A stretch of 64,000 nucleotides of DNA from positions 20,473 to 84,472 of the forward strand of contig CAMJHF010000007.1 in assembly GCA_946405435.1 (NCBI GenBank), read 5' to 3'. The stretch comes from an uncultured Bacteroidales bacterium. GTDB lineage: Bacteria > Bacteroidota > Bacteroidia > Bacteroidales > UBA932. The notes beneath the pieces are model-generated. The model had not been told where the DNA came from, searched no databases, and was given only the letters and a program-made list of their open reading frames with translations. The position numbers and the translations under genes were made by a program. This document shows positions 57,814-64,000 of this stretch, piece by piece; within the stretch, counting starts at the first letter, position 1; the number at the start of each line of letters is the position of its first letter.

Positions 57814-58866
57814 TTATGCTGTTTCGTCAAAAGTGAACGCTTCCCAAGGCAGTTCGGCGTCTTTCCCGTTGTCGAGCACTTCTGCGGCATGCCGTAGCAT
57901 GGGATAAAGGGAAAGGTCCGCCTTGCCGAGTTCAGCCTTGCGCACCATGGCGGCCCATACCCTGCGCGACACCACAAGGCTCTCCAGGGTTACGCCGGCA
58001 AGGATTTGAAGCGCCTCTTCGTAGCTCTTGCCCTCTCCGAGCAGGATGCCGATTTTTCTGGTACGGCCTCCGTAGACAGTTACGTAGAGATCGCCGATGC
58101 CTATGTTTTCGCAGTCGCGGCTGGCTCCCTGCATCTCGAGCAGATAGCGCATCTCCTTGACGGCCTGATAGAAAGCGGCAGCCTGGGAATTGTAGTGCAG
58201 GCCGGCCTCGGCGCCATGGTGACGGTTGACAAGCCCTATGGTCATGGCAACCGCAAGGGCATATCCGTTCTTGAGGGCCACGGCGCTTTCAAGTCCCTCC
58301 ACATCATTTGTAAGGGAGATGTGGTAGTATGAGGTCTGCATCGCCTCTTTCATCATCTTGATAGTGGCTGTATCCTTGCCGCAGAAGGCAACTTCGGTCT
58401 GGTCGTGGAACACGAGTTCATAGCTGGTGCAGGGGCCGCCAATGGCACAGATCTCGCGGTTTATGCCCTTCTTCGCCAGCTCCCTCTTCCAGTATTCCGG
58501 GTAGGAAATCAAAGTGCCGTCCTCAAGGTTGATAAGTCCCTTGGTAACGGAAAGCACAGGCACGGAAGGATCGAGCTCAGTGAGGATATTCTTCAGGAAC
58601 CAGTCCACGCCGAAAGAACTGACGCCGCCGATTATGAAGTCCGCGCCTTTTGCCGCTTCTTTCCAATCTTCGTAGTAGTAATACTTTACGCCTTTGGGAA
58701 AAGGCCTGTCAAATTTGAGGTGCTGGCCTCTGGACTTGCAGTTGTCGATAATATCCCTGTCAAGGTGAGTACCTACCAGACGGACTTCATTTCCGTTCTC
58801 GAATGCGGGAAAAGCAAGTGCGGATCCCATCATGCCGGATCCGATGATCGTGATAACTTTTGCCAT
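57814..58866 (-). CDS. NAD(P)H-dependent glycerol-3-phosphate dehydrogenase family protein (divergent GpsA)
   Basis: GSGMMGSALA, TKG, GGP, ALKN (catalytic Lys) and GIGDLYVT..GGR motifs. Confidence 0.82.
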   Translation of the reverse strand: MAKVITIIGSGMMGSALAFPAFENGNEVRLVGTHLDRDIIDNCKSRGQHLKFDRPFPKGVKYYYYEDWKEAAKGADFIIGGVSSFGVDWFLKNILTELDPSVPVLSVTKGLINLEDGTLISYPEYWKRELAKKGINREICAIGGPCTSYELVFHDQTEVAFCGKDTATIKMMKEAMQTSYYHISLTNDVEGLESAVALKNGYALAVAMTIGLVNRHHGAEAGLHYNSQAAAFYQAVKEMRYLLEMQGASRDCENIGIGDLYVTVYGGRTRKIGILLGEGKSYEEALQILAGVTLESLVVSRRVWAAMVRKAELGKADLSLYPMLRHAAEVLDNGKDAELPWEAFTFDETA

Positions 58867-58875
58867 AATATGAGT

Positions 58876-60180
58876 TTATAAACATTTAAGTAGTGCGTAT
58901 CCATAAGCAGGAGCGTACAAGGACGCTTCGCTTTTATTTATACCGGCGGCAGCCTGCAGTTCTGCGGGGATGGCCAGTTCCGTAGAAACAGCTTTGTCGC
59001 TGAAGTTGCACAGCACCAACATCGCGTCGGTGCCGTTGAAGCGCATGAAAGCACTGGCCTTGCCGACGTCGAAACCGGGAGCGGACTGGTTGCAGTATCC
59101 CAGATCCCAGACTTCGCCTAGGGCGAACAACGATGAGCGCGCCAGCGTCCCGAGGCGCTTGTAACGGCCGAGAATCTCGGCGTTTTTGTCTGGCAGGGCT
59201 GAGCCATGGTGGATCATTGAATCCAGGAGCGAAAGCGATGAAGGCTTGCACCAGTTGAATATTGAAGTGCGGCCGTCGCTGCTTTCCGTCGCTTCTTCCC
59301 CGGCCTCCTGGCCTGCGTAATACATCCACGACGCCCTGTTGAACAGCATTGCGTAGGCGACAGCCGCCCAGGCCCTGTCGGCATCTCCAGCAAAGAAACG
59401 GGATGCTAATCTTTGCTCATCATGATTCTCGAGAAAATTGAGCATGCTGGATTGCAGCGGGCCAAGGAATTGCCAGTTCCAGGTGAGTTCCTGCGCACTG
59501 CGCTTCCCTTCTATAACTCCGCGGAGGATGTCATAGACTCCGGATTTGTCATACAGCAAATCGAAGCCCACGTCGTTAATGTATCGGCTGTAACTGTCCC
59601 TCCCGTAGACCTCGGCGAGGAACAGCAGGTCCGGAAACTCTATCTTAACAGTATGGATTAGTTGCTTCAATGCTTCCGGGGGCACGAGTTCCACCATATC
59701 GCAGCGGAAGCCGTCCACGCCCAAGCCGGACCAGAAAAGAAGGATATGCTCGAACTCCTGGATCGTCGACGGATTGGACCAGTCCACTTTGAACGTATCG
59801 GTCCAGTCTCCGTCATGCCAGGGATAGATACCCAGGGCTCCGCTGTAATCTTGGGCGACATGATTAGGGATAAAGTCCACAAGGCACTTCAGGCCGGACT
59901 TATGCACCTTCTTCACAAATTCCCGGAACGCCTCCGTTCTGTCAGCCGCATCGGGCAGCAGATATGGGTTGATGTCATACCAATCGCTCACGGCATAAGG
60001 AGATCCGGGATCGCCCTTCACGAAGGGTTTTCCGCTGGCGTGCCTTGGGATGCCGGTCAGCCATACATAATCGGCTCCCAGCGACTTTATGTGTTCGAAA
60101 TCGGCCTTGTCCCACGAAGACAGGGAACCGTCGCCCCAAAGACGGGTAAATACCTGATATATAATTTTCTTGCCGTTCAT
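58876..60180 (-). CDS. GH13 alpha-amylase family glycoside hydrolase
   Basis: IIYQVFTRL, GSPYA, DFIPNHV, DGFRCDM, AEVY and FLENHDEQR motifs. Confidence 0.92.
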   Translation of the reverse strand: MNGKKIIYQVFTRLWGDGSLSSWDKADFEHIKSLGADYVWLTGIPRHASGKPFVKGDPGSPYAVSDWYDINPYLLPDAADRTEAFREFVKKVHKSGLKCLVDFIPNHVAQDYSGALGIYPWHDGDWTDTFKVDWSNPSTIQEFEHILLFWSGLGVDGFRCDMVELVPPEALKQLIHTVKIEFPDLLFLAEVYGRDSYSRYINDVGFDLLYDKSGVYDILRGVIEGKRSAQELTWNWQFLGPLQSSMLNFLENHDEQRLASRFFAGDADRAWAAVAYAMLFNRASWMYYAGQEAGEEATESSDGRTSIFNWCKPSSLSLLDSMIHHGSALPDKNAEILGRYKRLGTLARSSLFALGEVWDLGYCNQSAPGFDVGKASAFMRFNGTDAMLVLCNFSDKAVSTELAIPAELQAAAGINKSEASLYAPAYGYALLKCL

Positions 60181-62381
60181 CAGAAAGGGTATCCAACGCC
60201 AAAATGCAGGGCAGAACCATTGCGGCCTATCCACTCGGCAGGGCTGAGCCAGCGCTTTCCCTCTGCCCTGGAGGGCTCATATAATTTGATGCCCCAGTCC
60301 AGTCGTATAAGTATGAAATCCAGATTGAGCCTGAGTCCTATGCCCCAGTCGGCGGCTATGGTGGCAGGCCAGAAATCAGTATAATTATTTACGATAGGAT
60401 CGTCATCCGTCACAAGTATGTCGCTTAAGTCAACGGGAAAATCCCATACATTTCCGGCTTCGGCAAAGAGTGCGCCTTCGAATTTCCAGAAGAGTTTCTG
60501 CCGGTATTCCAGATCCAGCTCGATTTTCCAGTCTCCAGTCTGGCTGGGGATCGTAAACAGCGACATCATTTCGTCGGCGCCGGGTCCGAGCGCCCGCACC
60601 TGCCAGCCTCTCATGCTGCTTGCTCCACCCACATAGAATTCCTTTTCGAACGGCATCGAGGAAGATGCTCCATAGCCGTTTCCCACTCCGGCGGACAGCC
60701 GCATGGCAAGGGCAGAACCGGGAGAAAACCGTATGCACTGCCCAAGCTGCATCTCAACCCTGGCATACTGCGAATAATTGAGACCGAGGATAGTCTTGTT
60801 GCCATATTCATTGACAGGAAGCCATTTGTTGAACAGGGAAATCACATTTCCGGAAAGATCCACACCGGCACGCGCGAACCAGTATGAACCCTTGGGGATC
60901 AGGTTAGTGTCGCTGGTGTAATAGAACTGTGCTCCTACACCAGCGTCGATATGGTCGGAGAACGAATCCCATAGATAGATGTTCTTGAGCAGCGAGATTA
61001 TAAACTCGTCGGTCATGCTGTCCACTTTGATAACCGATACTCTCAGAGGGTACAGCTGATAAAACAATTTTTTCTCCTGCCCAAGATATCCATAGCTCAT
61101 GTTGGTGATGAAGCGGGTGAATTCCGGACGGTTCTGGTAGTTTAAAGAAGCCTGGAGCTCGGTGCGCGGGATGTTGGCTCCTTTGAATAGCTTGTAAGGC
61201 AGCCCGACGAAGCGGGGAAAACTCAGGCTTGCGGACACACCGAACTCATTGGCCCGCGTGGTGGTATTGGGCTGCCACTGGAAATTGCCGGAGAATCCAA
61301 GAGACAGCCACTCTCCTCCGTGAAACAGATTCTTGTTGTAGAAACTGATCACCGGAGAAACTCCCAGCAGTCCGGATGAGTTTGTGGATGCATCCAGCGC
61401 CAGCTTGAAGCCTTTCTGGTTGCTCTCTCCCATGTTTATGTGACAGTCCACCGTTGTGCTGTCGACCGGCTGCATTTCAATTCCCACGCTGTTGAAGAGG
61501 CGCAGGGAAGAAAGGCGCGAGTAGGTGTTGTTGACCAGCTGCTCGCTGTATGTGTCTCCTGGCTTTATGAGACTGACGCGCTTAAGGACATTCTCCCTGA
61601 ATGGTATCTGGGCCGAATGTGAAATGGACACGTCGCCAATTTGGAATTTCCTCAGCGGCTGCGCATTGACACCTTGCTCGTTTCGGGTGTAATTGCGTAT
61701 CTCATAGGTGAGTATATTGCTGGAACCAAGAGTGTCGGCGGTGAAAAAATAATTGTACTTGTTGAAGCTGTAGTATCCCAGGTTACGGAAATAGGATGTG
61801 CCCCTCACACTTTCCGCTTCCAGTGCTTTTTCTGCGAGCCAGTCGCCTTTCTTCACTCCGACATTGGCAATGTCGGACTGGAAGTCGTCGCAGAACTCAC
61901 CTTCGGGAACCTTGAAGACTACGCTGTCTATACGTACCCTCTTGCCTGGTTTGACGAAATAGCTTACCTTGACGAGCCTGCGTACGGTATCGACCCTGGA
62001 GGTTACTTCAGAATTGTAATATCCAAGATATTCAAGGTGCTTGGCTATGTTGTCGCATGAGCCGGAAACCTGGAAAGGATTGAAAACCACAGGAGCGGAG
62101 CCTACGTTGCGCAGCGAACGGTTGATCCAGTTGTCTTTGGAGGGATTGGACCAGTTGTATATGTTGAGCATCGGGCTCCAGCCGAAGAGAAAATATGTAT
62201 TGGCCTTCTGCTTCACATAAGACGATACGTCCGAGGCGCTGACTCCGCTGTGCTTGTCTTCGATTACTATCTTGTTGGAAGCCAGACGATACTGGCCTTC
62301 CGGCAACACCCTCGTGGTGCTGCAGGATGATGCGGCCATACAAGCAATCAGTCCCAGGATCAATGGAATGCGCAGCTTCAT
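60180..62381 (-). CDS. tamL: Translocation and assembly module lipoprotein TamL (Omp85 family)
   Basis: Lipobox SSC-STTRVLPEGQY; POTRA-like GYY segments; GGASSMRGW..R.LGPG; IRLDWG; C-terminal GVGYPF. Confidence 0.82.
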   Translation of the reverse strand: MKLRIPLILGLIACMAASSCSTTRVLPEGQYRLASNKIVIEDKHSGVSASDVSSYVKQKANTYFLFGWSPMLNIYNWSNPSKDNWINRSLRNVGSAPVVFNPFQVSGSCDNIAKHLEYLGYYNSEVTSRVDTVRRLVKVSYFVKPGKRVRIDSVVFKVPEGEFCDDFQSDIANVGVKKGDWLAEKALEAESVRGTSYFRNLGYYSFNKYNYFFTADTLGSSNILTYEIRNYTRNEQGVNAQPLRKFQIGDVSISHSAQIPFRENVLKRVSLIKPGDTYSEQLVNNTYSRLSSLRLFNSVGIEMQPVDSTTVDCHINMGESNQKGFKLALDASTNSSGLLGVSPVISFYNKNLFHGGEWLSLGFSGNFQWQPNTTTRANEFGVSASLSFPRFVGLPYKLFKGANIPRTELQASLNYQNRPEFTRFITNMSYGYLGQEKKLFYQLYPLRVSVIKVDSMTDEFIISLLKNIYLWDSFSDHIDAGVGAQFYYTSDTNLIPKGSYWFARAGVDLSGNVISLFNKWLPVNEYGNKTILGLNYSQYARVEMQLGQCIRFSPGSALAMRLSAGVGNGYGASSSMPFEKEFYVGGASSMRGWQVRALGPGADEMMSLFTIPSQTGDWKIELDLEYRQKLFWKFEGALFAEAGNVWDFPVDLSDILVTDDDPIVNNYTDFWPATIAADWGIGLRLNLDFILIRLDWGIKLYEPSRAEGKRWLSPAEWIGRNGSALHFGVGYPF

Positions 62382-63085
62382 CTTTGCCTTCTCCTGAACT
62401 CTGAAACGGTGACTGCGCAGGCGGCGGCGACATTGAGCGACTCTGCTGTGCGCCCGGAGGCGAAGGTCGGGATGCAGAGGCGCGAGGTGCATTCAGAAGC
62501 CACTTCGCCGCTTATGCCGTTCGCCTCATTGCCCATTACTATCAGGCCCTCGCCGGCAAGTACCGTGGAATATATGTCATCCCCGTCTAGGAAAGTGCCG
62601 TATACTGGCATATCCATGAGGCGGAAGCGCCTGCATATATCAGGGAGGTCGCAATATACGGTCCTGACCCTGAAGACAGAGCCCATCGAGGCCTGGACGA
62701 CCTTGGGGTTGAACAATTCGACGCAGTCCATGGATGCAAACACCACGGAAATGCCGAACCAGTCCGCCAGGCGCAGGATCGTTCCCATATTGCCGGGGTC
62801 GCGCACCGAATCAAGCCCGAGGCAGAGTCCCCTGCCTACAGCCAGGGCGTGCGGCTCCGGCTTGTCCACCACGGCCAGCACCGGGGACGGACTGCTCATC
62901 TGGCTGATGCGCGCCATGGCTTCGGAACCGATTTCAGATGCCCTGTACACCTCCGCCACGTGGAACTGCGAGTCCAGAGCCTCCTGTACCATCTTCTCCC
63001 CTTCCACTACAAACTGTCCGTACAGGTCGCGGAACTTCTTATCCTTTAGGGACTTTATTCGCTTGATTTCGGCGTTGCTTAGCAT
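62378..63085 (-). CDS. TrmH/SpoU family RNA methyltransferase
   Basis: FVVEG, RDPGNMGTILR, ASMG, MGNEANGIS and ESLNVA motifs. Confidence 0.93.
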   Translation of the reverse strand: MLSNAEIKRIKSLKDKKFRDLYGQFVVEGEKMVQEALDSQFHVAEVYRASEIGSEAMARISQMSSPSPVLAVVDKPEPHALAVGRGLCLGLDSVRDPGNMGTILRLADWFGISVVFASMDCVELFNPKVVQASMGSVFRVRTVYCDLPDICRRFRLMDMPVYGTFLDGDDIYSTVLAGEGLIVMGNEANGISGEVASECTSRLCIPTFASGRTAESLNVAAACAVTVSEFRRRQR

Positions 63086-63103
63086 ATTCTGAAAAATATC
63101 ATT

Positions 63104-63133
63104 GCAAATTTAACAATTAATTGTTAAGTTTGC
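63104..63133. promoter_or_regulatory. Near-palindromic pair of divergent -7 promoters (trmH-like / yegP-like)
   Basis: GCAAATTTAACAATTAATTGTTAAGTTTGC: TAAATTTG on - and TAAGTTTG on +. Confidence 0.65.
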
Positions 63134-63159
63134 GAAAATCAAGTTTTAATAATTCAGAA

Positions 63160-63492
63160 ATGGGAAAGTTTGTTATCACTCTCAGAAAGAACGGAGAATT
63201 CCAGTTCAACCTCAAGGCCACCAACGGCCAGGTCATCCTCACCAGCGAGGGCTACACCACCAAGACCGCTTGCCTGAACGGTGTTGAATCCGTAAAGAAA
63301 AACGCCCCCGTCCAGGAGCGTTACGAAGTCAAGGAAGCCAAGAACGGCAAGCCTTTCTTCAACCTCAAGGCATCCAACGGCCAGGTCATCGGCGCCAGCC
63401 AGATGTATGCCAACGAGCGCAACATGCAGGCAGGCATCGCCTCCGTCATGAAGAACGCTCCCGAGGCTCCGGTCGTCGAAGAATTGGACTAA
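63160..63492 (+). CDS. yegP: YegP / DUF1508 family protein
   Basis: Two F.LKA.NGQVI..S..Y repeats. Confidence 0.92.
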   Translation: MGKFVITLRKNGEFQFNLKATNGQVILTSEGYTTKTACLNGVESVKKNAPVQERYEVKEAKNGKPFFNLKASNGQVIGASQMYANERNMQAGIASVMKNAPEAPVVEELD

Positions 63493-63509
63493 TCTCTCTG
63501 TCTTTTTGT

Positions 63510-63541
63510 AATAAAAGCCGGCTTAAGAGCCGGCTTTTATT
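63510..63541. terminator. Bidirectional rho-independent terminator
   Basis: AATAAAAGCCGGCT-TAAG-AGCCGGCTTTTATT. Confidence 0.88.
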
Positions 63542-63544
63542 GTT

Positions 63545-64000
63545 CTATTTATCAAGAGGCCAGGGTCTTACGCCCATTTCTTCGGCCATCTTTTCCCACT
63601 TTGCCGAAAGCCTTTTCAGCTTTCTGGGATATTTCTCCGCAAGATTGACATTCTCGTACGGGTCGTTCTTGAGGTCATAAAGCTCCCATTCGGTACTCTT
63701 TATACGGCGGTTTATCTTCCACCTTCCCTGCCTCATGCCGGACCAGCCTTCATGGTCGAAGAACAGTACGCGGTTCTGCCTTACATGGCGTCCGCGCACA
63801 AGCGGCATCAGGCTGTAGCCGTCCGCACTGAGAATCTTGTGTCCTTTGTACTCCTTGGGATATTTTGCACCGGCCAGTTCTATGCAAGTGGGCATGATAT
63901 CGGTGATGTGTGCATAGTCGCGCACCATGAAGCCGGTTTTCTTGAGCCCTGCAGGCCAATGGAATATGAGGGGAGTCTTGATGCCGCCCTCGTATTCCCG
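63545..64000 (-). CDS. Arylsulfatase, C-terminal part (truncated by the window)
   Basis: Frame open to the window end: YEGGIKTPLIFHWP, HITDIMPT, DG.SL.P and WELYDL..DPYE..NLA. Confidence 0.88.
   Translation of the reverse strand, partial: REYEGGIKTPLIFHWPAGLKKTGFMVRDYAHITDIMPTCIELAGAKYPKEYKGHKILSADGYSLMPLVRGRHVRQNRVLFFDHEGWSGMRQGRWKINRRIKSTEWELYDLKNDPYENVNLAEKYPRKLKRLSAKWEKMAEEMGVRPWPLDK

Overview
This gene-dense chromosomal segment is from a Bacteroidota genome, most likely an uncultured Bacteroidales. That assignment is inferred from TAnnTTTG promoters, Q-rule signal peptides, fimbrillin-like lipoproteins, DUF349/DUF5723/TamL and a Bacteroidetes-type V-ATPase operon. About 58 CDS are present. 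They include housekeeping genes (trpS, asnA, asd, trmD, yidC, rarA, rlmD, queA, trmO), a sugar/polyol-phosphate operon (epimerase, G1P dehydrogenase, GlpT-like MFS, secreted phosphoesterase), a Na+-pumping methylmalonyl-CoA decarboxylase operon and a Na+-type V/A-ATPase operon. I saw no tRNA, rRNA, CRISPR array or transposase. The most notable signals are: (1) a 44-aa YxxP-leader peptide whose W-ending tail mirrors the tail of the adjacent fimbrillin/GLUG/SGNH lipoprotein; (2) a cysteate synthase close to a bacterial ceramide-synthase-like GNAT, a candidate sulfonolipid locus; (3) a stand-alone structured sRNA with its own promoter upstream of asd; (4) an intact but catalytically gutted PyrD paralog; (5) a 60-bp element repeated 30.6 kb apart; (6) a 120-bp MITE/REP-like element; and (7) an AT-rich divergent region at about 36 kb that may be a replichore switch point. 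All annotations come from motif recognition only; no searches were run.
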